A DNA stretch of 64,000 nt from Pecten maximus (GCF_902652985.1 NC_047025.1:7750001-7814000); one strand, 5' to 3'. Shown: positions 12,488 through 25,441, numbered from the stretch's first letter. Made by a program: numbers and translations. The notes: a model not told the origin generated them from the letters alone.

Positions 12488-12654
12488 TTTTTTTTAATGC
12501 CCCCACCCTGAAATGGGGGGGTCATATATTGTAACCTGTGTCCGCCCCATCCTGTCCCGTCCCCTCCAATTCTGCTGGTGCGATCCTCTAACTGAACTGT
12601 GTTTCGGGGTGGCAGATGGGGCATTTATATGTCTTAAAAGACATTTTCTCGTTT
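12488..12654 (+). mobile_element. Minimal (~165 bp) HINE-like element inside the 961-nt intron
   Basis: T-tract followed by atgccccc...ggggggtcat inverted repeat, a (gtcc)-like microsatellite, 3' subTIR ggggcat, hairpin atgtctt-aa-aagacat and terminal gttt. Confidence 0.65.
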
Positions 12655-13074
12655 CCAAAGTTGGACATGTCTTAAGTGGACTTGATGAAACCTTGATGAA
12701 AGATCTTAGTTAAGAAGACTTTCAATTATTGATATAGCCATTAGAATGCTGATATTTAGCTTGGAAGTTTTCTAGGTGGCCAATTATTGATTAATGGTGA
12801 GCAGTCAAATATATAATAAATGGATTTTTCTTCAATCCTAAAAATTCATTTTAAAAATGTTGAACAAAAATTTTTAATTTTGCATTTACCGTAATTTTTG
12901 CGAAAGCTGGAGTGGCCGAGGGATATCTGTTCTGCAAATAATATTGATTTTCGAAAATGGAAATAAAATTGCATAAAATACTTGAGATGTATTAATAACT
13001 TGATTGGAGGAGTAAGAATTAATTTGAAGGAAATATTAATTGGACATTTATAAGATTTTAATTGTTGATTGCAG

Positions 13075-13249
13075 ATATACAGGAAGTCAATGGACTGACC
13101 CTTGACTGGGCATCCAATCATATTTACTGGACGGACGCCAAACGAAGGACGCTGGAGATAGCCAATTACGATGGTAGCGGTAGGAAAATCCTTGTGTCCC
13201 TTACAAGCAATGAGGAGCCAAGAGGCATTGTAGTGGACCCAATACTAGG
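13075..13249 (+). CDS. Internal exon of the same LRP-type YWTD beta-propeller protein
   Basis: Acceptor ttgttgattgcAG ends at 13074 and donor GTaagt starts at 13250. Translates (D)IQEVNGLTLDWASNHIYWTDAKRRTLEIANYDGSGRKILVSLTSNEEPRGIVVDPIL(G), with the canonical GLxxDW..YWTD..DGSxR..PRGIVVDP motifs. Ends in phase 2. The paralog (LRP1/2/4/5/6-like or lineage-specific) cannot be assigned by eye. Confidence 0.96.
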
Positions 13250-14241
13250 GTAAGTAAAAAGGCTTCATCAGGGTCACAGGGATGCTTGTCTTTCCCCCAG
13301 AGTCATATTGATGCAAGACATCTTGGTTCTGTGTTGCTGGTAAAGACTGGAACTTCTTTGTAGTCATGGTTTAGAAGAAGTTTGATGTTATACAATCTCA
13401 TTACCTACCCAATGTCATTGATTCTCGTTTACCTCACCTTTAAGTCTGGTGAGGAATAACAATAAGTTGAAAACCGAGACCACATCTTGACAGATAACAT
13501 ATTACACAAATGAAGTCTGTGCCGGAATAACTAGGTTCCTACATGGCTGTGCATATTTGGTGTGACGATTTACCCACATGAAGAGTTCGTTCTTGTATAA
13601 TGCCTGACAAAAGTGAATTACGACTTGAGATGGATGCTTCTTACAACACCATGGCCATGTTCTGTCGCAATATCACATTACTGCAGGACATTTCCGCTGT
13701 GGTTTTTGTCTAGTGATGAAAAATATGTCTGCTTTTCCCTTTGATGACCATCAAGTTCTTGGCAGTAGAGAGGTGATTATCTGTTCTTTCCGACGACATA
13801 ACCATAAATGTACAATACAATGCTTAGAAACACAATCAAAGTACTGAAAGTACTGTAGCGCTAAAACTTATGTAATGTTGTTTTTCACAAAGGAAGCTAT
13901 TTAGTGATGAGGGTTCATTAAGATTTGATGTTGGTTTTTATTTTCATTTTACTATAGCAATGTAGAGTTATTTAATACATGGTGGACTTTCATCTCAGGC
14001 CGATATTGTGCAGTTATCCATTCAGTTGAAGCATCAATTTCTGTTTCATGCATAAACACTGACATGCACACAGTCATAAATTGCCTTTTCAAACATGTTT
14101 ACTGTACGTTTCTTATGATTATAAAAATCATTCCATGAATCGTTCTCACTTTGTTGAATTGATATGCTGCCGAAACAAACACGTTCCAAATCGAGCTTTC
14201 AAGATTTCCTCGTAGACATCTTTTAAGTGTACGCTGAACGA

Positions 14242-15247
14242 TTTTTAGGTCAACTGAACCAAAAGGTCTATGCCATCGCCATTTTGTCTGCTGTTGTGCA
14301 TCTTGCTTGAATAAATATGAACAGATTTTGCTGAAACTGCATATGCAGCCTTATATCAATAAGATCTCAGCCAAGTTCGAAAATGGGTTCAATTCAATGT
14401 AATTAATTATTTTGTAATTTATTGGTGTAGTTTTATTATCATTGGACCTTGTGAACACGATAACTTGAGTAAATATGAACGGCTTTTCATGAATCATTGT
14501 ATGAAGCCTTATATCATTAAGACCAAAAATGAGTTTGATAATCAGGCCAATTCAGCAGTAACTAACATAGTAAAGGTTCTTTGCAGTTTTATTGCCAATC
14601 GACCTGTGAACATGACAACTTGAGTAAATATGAACGGATTTTCATGAAACATTTGCAGCCGTATATCAATAACATTTTAGACAAGTTACAAGCTATGGTC
14701 CTTTGTAGTTTTATTGCCATTTGACCTTGTGAACTTACTGACTTGAGTTAATATGATTGGATTTTGATGAAATTTTGTATGTAGTTTTATATAATTAAGA
14801 GGTTGAATGGGACGCGTCAGCAATGTGACTGTTTCGGTGAAATTAACGGACAGAGTTGTGGCCCTTTGTAGTTGTATAACCATTGGACCTTATTAATTGT
14901 GTCAACTTTGGTAAATATGAAAGGATTTTGATGAAATTTGGTATGGTGTGAGCTTTATATCAACAAGTTCTTGAACAGTTTCCCCATTGGGACTGATCTC
15001 ATCGTAATAGTTATGGTCCTTTGCAGTTTGGGTCAAAGGTCATGATATTTGAGAAGTAGCATGCTGGGATAAAGGACTACCAGGTTAATCCAAATTCATT
15101 ACCTTGGCTTCCTTTCAATGTCATAATTCTAAGGATTAAAAATATAAATATCTTAAATCTTGGTTCAAAAGCAAAAACCATCCATCAGTATATAAATCAG
15201 AACTCAGCTTGATTACCGATATATTATAAGGCCCTTGGGCCTCTTGC
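14242..15247 (+). mobile_element. Old HINE-like element with ~157-bp internal repeats
   Basis: 5' tttttaggtcaactg. Repeated taaatatgaac.gatttt.atgaaa at ~14311, 14468, 14625, 14747 and 14911. 3' aggcccttgggcctcttg. Confidence 0.6.
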
Positions 15248-17058
15248 TGATATTTAAACTGCCAATTTGTTCACTTCAACATTAGTTTATCGAAAAACTG
15301 CATCTGAAACTGTCTTCTCTATACCAAGATATAAGCTGTCAAAACTGGCTTTTTTTCTTGTCTGTCAATAGCGAGTCAGCGTTAATAAAGGCTGGTTGTC
15401 ACCATAGATAGTACCAACCTGTGACATTTCTCAAATGTGACAGTCACAGTATTGCAAGAAATATAATTAAGGCCTAGATCTGCAGTTTTCTGTTGTTTTA
15501 GTTTGAATATTGGTAGTTGACATTAGGTTGTTTTGTGTTAACTCAGAACAGATTTATTGTGAATAATTTCAACATTTTTTTTTGTAAATATGGGCATTAG
15601 AGAGACCTGTAGGAACATTAAGGCTTAATAATAGATAACAGCTTCGAACAAAGAGATTATCTGATGTTGCCATTTCTGTTTAGTCCATATATAATATCAG
15701 AACCTCTCTTACATAAAAAACATCAAAATTTATTTTCCATGTAGACATTATGGTAATTTTAATGTATCAGAATGGAACTTGATCTCAGGTATACATGTTA
15801 AAAACAAATTATGTCTGATATTCATACACCTTGGACGTGTTTTTGGACCCCCAAGAAACGCATTTGCTGGAGGTATTCAATAGAGTTGTCTGACTGTGTC
15901 CATGCGACTCCTGTTTCCAAAGTTTGAAATCTAAAATCCATTTAAGATAACTTCACGAAACCTGGTACAGGCATTATAATATTGGCCTATGTTTCTTCAT
16001 TATTGATTATTAGTAGGAAAGTGTACTTAATGAAAACAATATCTAAAGCATATATTGGCCGAAATGTTTTAATTATAAATCACTAATAGGAAAATGTACT
16101 CAATGAAAACAATATTTAAAGCATATTTCAGTAATCAAAACAAATATTACTTTCTTATATGTGAATGCAACCATAGGTATCCCTTATATGAAGTAATACA
16201 TGTTCAAAACAGGAGCTGGGATGCAGAGAAGAAATGCTTGTATGATACAGTAAATCTCTCAAAAGGGATGCCATTAGCAGCTAAAACCAAGGTCTGAGCT
16301 CTGAAAGCTAATTGATGGTACATTCAAATGATCACATCTTTATTGCCAAGAAATGAAGGTCGATGTGTGACCTTGTACATTTCTTTAAAATTTTCTATGT
16401 GAAAAAATATGTTCTATGGTACGTGTGAAAGCGTTGATTAGAAATGGACAAATTTTCCACATTGATACAAAGAAATGGATTCTAGCAGAAGCTGAGAAGT
16501 TTAACAGCTGTAATTGCCTCCAATGTCATGTACAGGGAGACGAATCTTATCTACTGCAAATGTAAAGAAACGCTGAAAAACAACATGGGTTATTTTCGTG
16601 TCTTTTATACATTTATCCTGTACCATGACAACATGGAAAAAGCCTCCCAGTCAGTGATTAGTTGGACTCATCTGTCATCTGAAAGCTTTTGTCAGCCAGG
16701 GACATACAGGACTCCATTTACGTACACTGGTTTTGATTTCAATTGTATTTGAAAGGATCATGTTTCATTACGACTCAGAACTTTAGAACAGGCTTGCCGT
16801 ATACTGTTTCGGGAAACTTAATGAAGTGATATCTATACATTATATGTACATGATCTTTAAGTGTTAATGGTTTCTGAGCTAGGACAGATTGTGTCTTAAT
16901 TAATATAGAAAATAGAGGGAGAGGGCGGTTCCATATTTTAGACTTGAAAGGTTCAGACACTGAAAGTGAGTTAGACTAGCAGTGATAAGTTTGTCCATAC
17001 TGTATACAGGAGAAAATGGTGTTCCGTTATTGTTATATTCTGACAGTGAAACTGTGTA

Positions 17059-18504
17059 CAGAGGAATCCACTTAATTGCATAACAGTAATTTGCATAATC
17101 CTCTGAATGATATGCAAACAATTCTCAGGTCCCGATTTTTTCCTTCTAAATGTCCTTGTATTTTAACTCTGCTGATTTGTATATGAAAATTCTGAAAATA
17201 TGTATATTTTTTGTGGGTGCATGATTTTCACGAAATGTATACTGATCTTTGTTTCTATAAAATATGATTTCACTTTAAAACTGACCATTAATTAATTTTG
17301 ATCACGTTTCGATTGACTGGTTATATGTCGGCATGCACGTCGAAAAATAAAGTTTAGTCCTGATCCAGTCCATATCAGAAGACGCCTATCCCTATTACAG
17401 AATGATTATTAATTAAGACATTTAAAAAGCATATTTATTATTGAAATTATTTTATTTGGTATCACCATACATGTTGTTTGTTCTGCATTAATTGGGAAAC
17501 CATACTTTTACTATCACCACCATGATCCGATTGTTTTTACTCGGCATATTGCTTCATGGGGTCATCGACAACTCAACAGGAGTGAGGTGGCATGCTTTAA
17601 GTGTTAATGACTGACGACAGTTGTATGGGATGCATGTTAGGAAGTTGTTTTAATGTTTTTGAATTGTACATTTGTTTTAAATTCTTAATAAAGTAAAGAT
17701 TTTGTACTTTTACTGATGTGGTTATGTATAACTATATAACACGTACTCGGTACTGCTCTACGCATATTTTTTTTGCGGCTATTGCCGCCATTTTCAAACA
17801 CAAACATTTAACATCAATACTGGTATTGTAATTAAGGCTGAGTTGTGTGAAGCCTTAAATAATTCTTATTCCAGTAATGAACTTTTATCTACAAACAGTG
17901 TTAATTAGACTTTTAGGAATATTTACTTACTGAACGTGAATGTCTTCAACAAATGCAGATCAACATGTGTATCAGTATCAGCAAAGTGAAGATGAAAACA
18001 AAGCAATTCATTCTAAATCACATTTAAAGAAATTCATCGTTAAATCATATAATAAAAACACATTAATTCTTGCAAAATTATTTTTTTAATTAACTTTTAG
18101 CTACAAATGATCAATATATGTAACTAGTGCACATTTCCTTCCATATTTAGGGGCCGCGTTGGCCGCGTGGTTAAGGTGTCCCGACACTTTATCACTAGCC
18201 CTCCACCTCTGGGTTGCGAGTTCGAAACCTACGTGGGGCAGTTTCCAGGTACTGCCTGTAGGCCGGTGGTTTTTCTCCGGGTACTCCGGCTTTCCTCCAC
18301 CTCCAAAACATGACACGTCCTTAAATGACCCTGGCTGTTAATAGGACGTTAAACAAAAACAAATCAAATCCTTCCATATCTACTGGGCGATGCATATGTG
18401 TCTTAAGAAAGAGCAAAACTCCAACTCCGCCTATTTGCATACTCCGCTTATTTGCATATTTTCACCTGGAAAAAAGCATATATGCAAATAAGTGGATTCC
18501 TCTG
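17059..18504. mobile_element. Non-autonomous Tc1/mariner (pogo-like) DNA transposon, ~1.45 kb including a nested SINE
   Basis: TIRs CAGAGGAATCCACTTAATTGCATA (17059-17082) and TATGCAAATAAGTGGATTCCTCTG (18481-18504) match at 23/24. TA on both sides. No transposase ORF. Confidence 0.85.
18150..18368 (+). mobile_element. tRNA-derived SINE, family A (V-domain type), copy 1
   Basis: A box tggccgcgtgg, B box gagttcgaaac, V-like core ggtttttctccgggtactccggctttcctcc, tail gctgttaataggacgttaaacaaa. TSD tccttccatat(t/c)ta at 18136-18149 and 18369-18382. Confidence 0.93.
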
Positions 18505-18833
18505 TATACCAAACAATATGTTAGACTTTAACTGGTTATGTACATAAACATAGCATTGCAATTGAGTTGAGAGGGTTTACCGGTTCCTAGATCAGTTTTA
18601 TCCTTTAACAAGAACATATATGTTTCTGCAGTGAGGTTATGTAATAACTTCTAGCCCTAGTTTAGACATTCAAGAATCCTAACCCAAAGCTTGAGATTTT
18701 TATTCTCCCATACCATAATTAACAGTGCTGTATGTTGGATGATTAAAGTCTTGCCCATTGGAAGCTCAAATAATTAAAGGTGACTACACATTCCTATAAT
18801 GAGCTTACCAGGTGTACCTGAGCTTGTTGTCCT

Positions 18834-19060
18834 GGTTTTGGTTTGGTTTGTTTTTGTTTAGCGTCCTATTAACAGCCAGGGTCATTTAAGGACGTGCCAG
18901 GTTTTGGAGGTGGAGGAAAGCCGGAGTACCCGGAGAAAAACCACCGGCCTATAATCAGTACCTGGCAACTGCCCCACGTAGGTTTCGAACTCGCAACCCA
19001 GAAGTGGAGGTCTAGTGATAAAGTGTCGGGACACCTTAACCACTCGGCCACCGCGGCCCC
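18834..19060 (-). mobile_element. SINE family A, copy 2
   Basis: Full-length reverse complement of copy 1. TSD ttgttgtcct at 18824-18833 and 19062-19071. Confidence 0.93.
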
Positions 19061-21596
19061 ATTGTTGTCCTATTGCCTTAAATTTGATGAAAAGAAATTC
19101 ATAATCATCAATCAAGAAATCATTTTTATTATAAAAAGATGAAAAATACATTTCCGACAGCTAGAGTACAGATGAACATTTTCAGCTTTTTCAGAATATT
19201 ATCATAACGGGTAACATAAGTGTAAATGTAAAAAAAAATTCCCAGTAAGCAAATTACAAAAACCAATGTTTCAGTCCTTTCACAAGTTAACATCCACTGC
19301 TGCATTAGGCAACAGAGATAGCATTGGTAGATCTCTTTCTTTAAACTCAGACGCCAGCTGTGCTGTTAAATTTGGTCTTCCATCAGGTCTGCTAGAGGAA
19401 ACAATTGGATTGCTCACCTTGACATACAGTTCAGACAGAAAAACTCTGTAGTTTTAATATCAATCAGCTGGTAGCCTCCATTCGGTTTTTCTTCGTTATT
19501 CTAACTAAATAAATCACTGCTTTCGTATACGAATGTTTATCTGTGTAATTTCCACTTCATCAAGATTGAAAACCAGGAATCATTTGATTGATGTGAAATT
19601 GAAACGTACAGTTGTATATTTACGCACAAATTGACTGAAAAGCATTAGAATTAATCCAAATTGTGACCGGATTTGTGTTCGCTATAAAGAACTTCTTAAT
19701 GGGACAGGACTCGGCAGGCAGACCAGACAATATGTGCAACTCCCAAGGTCTAGCACGTGCCGCGTAGACAGATTATACTTTACCCAACATAAACAACAAT
19801 TGTCAGTAGACAAATTAGATTCGTGGTCCATGTATATTTTACAATTCTCCTGTTTAAAAACTGCTCACCATGAGATGCATTAACGGACAGTCTCCGCGTC
19901 GGGGAGAATTTTATCAAATCACAGCATGGAGTTCTTATTCAGTCATTAAAAAAAGTTTGTGATTGTCATAAAAAATGGAAGTATTACTTTCAGTGTCTAG
20001 ATCGAGGGTTTATTTGAGAATCTTCCATCGTAACTCTTCTCATGGTACCGTGAAATTTTCAAGTATGCTTGTACAAGATTTTATAATGAATTACTAATAA
20101 GGTTTTGTCTTGCAACTATTGGAAGGAAAGAGGGTTTTCATAAAAACTACAAAAAAAAAAAAAAAACAGAAATAAAAAGTTTGTGAAAATAAATGAATTG
20201 ACTTGGGAAACCCACGTTACCCAAAGGCAGAGTCTGAGTTGGAGGATTCAGGATATTCCTTGTTCGATCTCCAGATCTTGGTGGAGGAGGGGGAGTCAGG
20301 GTGGAAATTGATGGCTTAATTAAGTCCTGATAATCAAATTACATGTTATGTCCAGTTACCTACAGCAAACCATACTAGGGAGTGAGGATCTACCCAACCA
20401 ATCGCTTCAATTATGTCTTTGAATATTATATCGAAATGGAGTGCAACTATGAAGATTCATTTTGTGTCAATGGATCGATCCAAAACAGCCGGGTTGTGAT
20501 GATTGAGTTGTCATTTAGGGAACTACTTGTATATAGAGATTTGCCCATTACATATTATATATGATTATTGGTGTCCTATAAAATCTTTGTCCCAATAGAA
20601 TGCTCCCCCTGGTAATTATTTCAACGCCTTAAACACGTACCATATAAGTTGTTTACCTTAAAAGGCATAAAAATTTTCGACTGCTTTGCTGTTCATTTCC
20701 AAAGCTGAATTCCTTCAGGTCCGTCACAGCTAGTAGACACTTAAAAATTATTACCAGAAAATAGATTTATATATGTAGGTATGTGCATTATCAACTCTAT
20801 AGCCTAAGGTTTCTGTCTCGGCTGCAGAGCACTTCAGAGGCTTGTGAAGAGTGTGGAAGCTGATTTAGTACCCCATTGTATATATAGAGAACCGTTAATA
20901 CTGGTGTAAATCTTAGAAATGTCAGTATTCAATATGTACAGGAGGTATACAAACTCTGTAACAGTCACGGAAGCAGGAGACGTTATCATCTTATAATGGC
21001 AGTTTGTACATATAAACCTATTAATGGCCAACTGTCATCATCACTGTAAAATCGCTCATTTCACAGGACATGGAGACATTGCTGCGTCTACAGCAAATAT
21101 TGATTGATTTATTCATCTCCAAGTATATTTTATGATGGATTTTATGTGGATTTTTTTTTTCTTTGTCCCTATACAGTTATCTATAAAATAGCATTTTATC
21201 TTTCTGTAGACTAGACAGTTTTCCTAGATCTGAAGGTTTTTTTTCATGTGTCTCCATCGAACCTCAGAACTGAAGCTATAAGCTTTAACTTCTGAAGAAT
21301 ATTAAAGACCAATTTTCTTCGGCAATAGTTTACAAAATATCACAAAATGTAAGTACATATATTTAATTTCATCAATACGTTGAGCTTCATAAAATAGGGC
21401 TAATTTCTATTGCAGAAATTTTCAGAACAGGATTTACTGATATATGTTACAATAATTTAGACCAAACATCTCAAAATGAATATTTCAGAAAAAAAACTCT
21501 ATAGCAGAATTTCAGAACATCAAGTCTAGCAAGGAATTGTTTCAGAACAAAACTTCAAAAGTAGAATGTATAACAATGGGTTGATTTGTCAGCAGA

Positions 21597-22466
21597 CTTT
21601 TTAGCCCACCATCATCAGATGGTGGGCTATTCAAATCGCCCTTCGTCCGTGGTCCGTGGTCCGTCCATCCGTAAACAATTCTTGTTATCGCTAATCCTCA
21701 GAAAGTAATGAAGGGATCTTTCTCAAATTTCATATGTAGGTTTCCCTTGGTGCCTAGTTGTGCATATTGTATTTTGAGACCAATCGGAAAACAACATGGC
21801 CGACAGGCAGCCATCTTGGATTTTGACAATTGAAGTTTGTTATCGCTATTTCTCAGAAAGTACTGAAGGGATCTTTCTCAAATTTCATATGTAGGTTCCC
21901 CTTGGTGTCTAGTTTTGCATATTGCATTTTGAGACCAATCGGAAAACAACATGGCCGACAGGCAGCCATCTTGGATTTTGACAATTGAAGTTTGTTATTG
22001 CTATTTCTCAGAAAGTACTGAAGGGATCTTTCTCAAATTTCATATGTAGGTTCCTCTTGGTTTCTAGTTATGCATATTGCATTTTGAGGCCAATCGGAAA
22101 ACAACATGGCCGACAGGCAGCCATCTTGGATTTTGACAATTGAAGTTTGTTATCGCTATTTCTCAGGAAGTACTGAAGGGATCTTTCTCAAATTTCATAT
22201 GTAGGTTCCCCTCAGTGCCTAGTTTTGCATATTGGGACCAATCGGAAAACAGCATATGGCCGACAGACAGCCATTATCGCTAAATCTTAAATTTTATATA
22301 TAGGTTCCCCTTGTTTGAAAAGTACTAGCTATAGAGGGCTGTTTATGAATTTACACAGATGAGTAAGACTTAGAGGAAGGGAAAAGTAGAGAAAAGATCA
22401 ATCTGACATGGAACCTTTGAAGATCATTCAATGGTGGGCGCCAAGATCCCTCTGGGATCTCTTGTT
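21597..22466 (+). mobile_element. Young, complete HINE / non-autonomous Helentron with 155-bp internal tandem array
   Basis: 5' tttttagcccacc-atcatcagat-ggtgggcta inverted repeat and (gtcc) microsatellite. 155-bp units start at 21682, 21837, 21992 and 22147. 3' subTIR ggtgggcg, palindrome agatccc-tct-gggatct, then cttgtt. Inserted in a T run. Confidence 0.9.
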
Positions 22467-22518
22467 CAGAAATGGAATTTATAAGTAAATTTAGAACAAT
22501 TTCCTTAATTGCAACAGA

Positions 22519-22760
22519 AGAAAAGGATTTCAGAAGTAGAATGTTTTAGAAAAGGATTTCAGAAGTAGAATGTTTCAGAAAAGGATTTCAGAAATAGAAT
22601 GTTAATTCAGAAAAGGATTTAAGAAGTAGAATGTTTCGGAAAAGGATTTCAGAAATAGAATGTTAATTCAGAAAAGGATTTCAGAAGTAGAATGTTTCAG
22701 AACAAAATGACTAATATAACATTTTAAACAGAATTGTTATAAAAATAGAATGTTTCAGAA
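22519..22760. repeat. 29-32-bp minisatellite (aaaaggatttcagaagtagaatgtttcag)
   Basis: Units at 22521, 22550, 22579, 22611 onward. Degenerate related units also lie at ~21410-21595, on the other side of the HINE. Confidence 0.85.
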
Positions 22761-23076
22761 CTGAATATCTTTCATGAAATATTTCTGTTGCAGAAAAATT
22801 TAGGAAAATCACAAATTTACACATTACAGAGTTCTCCAAAATAGTTTTCTGCTTTGTAGGGGACATATCAGGAAAAGGGTTTCGCCACAAAATATTTCTG
22901 GATAAAAGATAGAATAACAAACATATTGTTTAAAATAAAATTTTCAGTCAGTCAGTCTGCATAAAAATCCTTTTAGAAATTATTCCTTGAAGTAGTCTAT
23001 TGATCCAGCATTGTCACGTATGATTTTCTTCATACAAATCCTAAATATGCCAACTATTTCAGGTATTTTTGTAAAC

Positions 23077-23551
23077 TTTATTTATTTCACAACAATTTTG
23101 AAGCAAGTTGAAGCAACTTATATTGATCACTGTTGTTGGCCTGGATAGAAGCCTGTAAGGGGTCTTAATTTGGGAGGGTGCATGGTTTGGTTTGGTTTGT
23201 TTTGTTTAACGTCTTATTAACAGCCAGGGTCATTTAAGGACGTGCCAGGTTTTGGAGGTGGAGGAAAGCCGGAGTACCCGAAAAAAACAACACTGGCCTA
23301 CGTTCAGTACCTGGCAACTGCTCCACGTAGGTTTCGAACTTGCAACCCAGAGGTGGAGGGCTAGTGATAAAGTGTCTGGACACCTTAACCACTCGGCCAC
23401 TGCGGCCTCACTGGGAGGGTGGAGTACCTAGAAAAAAACACATGGTCAGGCAGGTGACCCTGTACCTTTTCAGTTCTGATCCGGAAATCCAACCCCAGCC
23501 ACCTAAATGAAAGGCAAGCGTGTTAATTATCACTAGCTGTGCCACCCGACT
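23077..23551 (-). mobile_element. Older tRNA-SINE, family B, split by a family A copy
   Basis: Minus-strand head gtcgggtggcacag...gcctttca...ggttggatttcc, a V-like core and an A-rich tail at 23077. Homologous to 35672-35884. Confidence 0.65.
23183..23409 (-). mobile_element. SINE family A, copy 3 (nested in SINE B)
   Basis: Full length. TSD tgggagggtg at 23171-23180 and 23412-23421. Confidence 0.92.
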
Positions 23552-24186
23552 TACCCAGTGTCATTGTTTTATGTCGCTTCATCAGTTATGATCCAGACTA
23601 TCTCGTTAACTCACCTGCCTGATGTAGTACCTAGCCAAGAATGAAATACCAGTGATTATCTATCATCATTATTTCATAAACCTTAAATGTGTTATCAGCT
23701 GCTGCAGCCTTATAGAAGTCGTCAACAGTTGATAGGCCACAACGTTAACGGCTCACCTTTAATATTGCTGTTAATTCAAACTGGTAAAAAACAATTTCTG
23801 GTACGTTGGCCTTTGTTTCAAATTACTTTGATGAAGAGGTAAAAGTGAAACTGATCAAAGATGCTGTTTTGTTGACAGAAGAACCTTACGTCCACATTAA
23901 TGTTTTAAGATTATTACAGTTTATGCTCAGTTTCTCAAAAAGAACATGGTATATGTTTGAATCATATAAGGCAGCAGACAGATATTTAGCTTGACTCTGA
24001 AATCCTTAAAACTTGTCATAAAAATACTTGCAGGGAAAACCATCATGAAAAATATGTCAGTCTTGAAAATAAACTGTTTATTAGTTCTAAAGCTGTTTTA
24101 AGGCTTTAGATAAACTATTAGTTTGTTAGATACAAGTGATGCTCATGATCATTATAAGTTCTATCAATAGTATATTGTGAGATGAC

Positions 24187-24627
24187 CTTTGAAGTTTTCT
24201 GACATTATGAATTAACATTTGAAGTTTTCTGACATAATGAATTAACATTTGAAGTTTTCTGACATAATGAATTAACATTTCAAGTTTTCTAACATTATGA
24301 ATTAACATTTGAAGTTTTCTGACATAATGAATTAACATTTCAAGTTTTCTGACATTATGAATTAACATTTGAAGTTTTCTAACATTATGAATTAACATTT
24401 GAAGTTTTCTGACATAATGAATTAACATTTGAAGTTTTCTGACATTATGAATTAACATTTGAAGTTTTCTGACATTATGAATTAACATTTGAAGTTTTCT
24501 GACATTATGAATTAACATTTGAAGTTTTCTGACATTATGAGTTAACATTTGAAGTTTTCTGACATTATGAATTAACATTTGAAGTTTTCTGACATGAATT
24601 AACATTTGAAGTTTTCTGACATAATAA
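24187..24627. repeat. 30-bp minisatellite, ~14.5 copies (ttgaagttttctgacattatgaattaacat)
   Basis: Near-perfect tandem units; explains ORF 24126-24605. Confidence 0.96.
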
Positions 24628-24715
24628 TGAATACATCTGAATTTACTTTGATGGTTGTGTATTTATATAGGAAACATACATATCTAGGTGTGATATGGCC
24701 TTTAAAGTTCAGATA

Positions 24716-25441
24716 CCGTATTTGACCTAATAAGGGCGCCTGCCCTAATAAGGGCGCCCCTACCTTTTTTCAAGGAAATAAATCTTTGACTGAGTGTCAA
24801 AATGGTGTTCAAAAGTAATAATTCATGTGTAATATTTTGCTACTTTATGTGTTCAATTTTCTTCCGCAAATTAAGTAACTGGAACACATGTTTTCGCCAC
24901 ATTTTGTGTATTCCTACAGGCTACAGATGACATGTCAGTGCAAAGAGCACCCAAAACTAAACACACATACAAATAATAACTTACCATCTTTATTTGAAGG
25001 TAAAGTAAAGACTTCATTCTTGTTGATAAATAACTTTTGTTCAGAACAAAAAGCTAGTAAAAGACATTGTAAATCAATTATTATGTCAAAGAAAACGATG
25101 TCTGATATGATCTGGGAAGTCACCTGTTTCTATAAATAGAACACAAAAGAGTTCCATTTGAACATAAATGGTGGAACACACGTTCTCTGGTCTAAAGATC
25201 AGCTGGCATGGTTTACAAGTTTACAGAAGTATTCAAGTGGTGTTAAAGCTTAATATATGATAATGATTAGATATCTTCATCTGGAATATTTTTATGACTG
25301 AATATTTTACCGTTTCCACAACCTTGGGTATTCTGCTATAAGGTATAGTCTGTTTCATAAAACTTCAGAATAACTTATCTTAATAAGGGCGCCCCCACTG
25401 TCAATTACCCGCGCCCTGCGCCCTTATTAGGTCAAATACGG
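24716..25441. mobile_element. 726-bp MITE, Tc1/mariner (pogo/Tigger-like)
   Basis: Perfect 24-bp TIR CCGTATTTGACCTAATAAGGGCGC at both ends. TA TSD at 24714-24715 and 25442-25443. Subterminal repeat ctaataagggcgcccc. Confidence 0.93.

Noticed and set aside
19270-19500. Minus-strand GYQLIDIK...FLSELY... faintly resembling a DNA-transposase N-terminus
   Set aside because: It needs a frameshift and lacks the expected Cys motifs, so it cannot be supported without a profile search.
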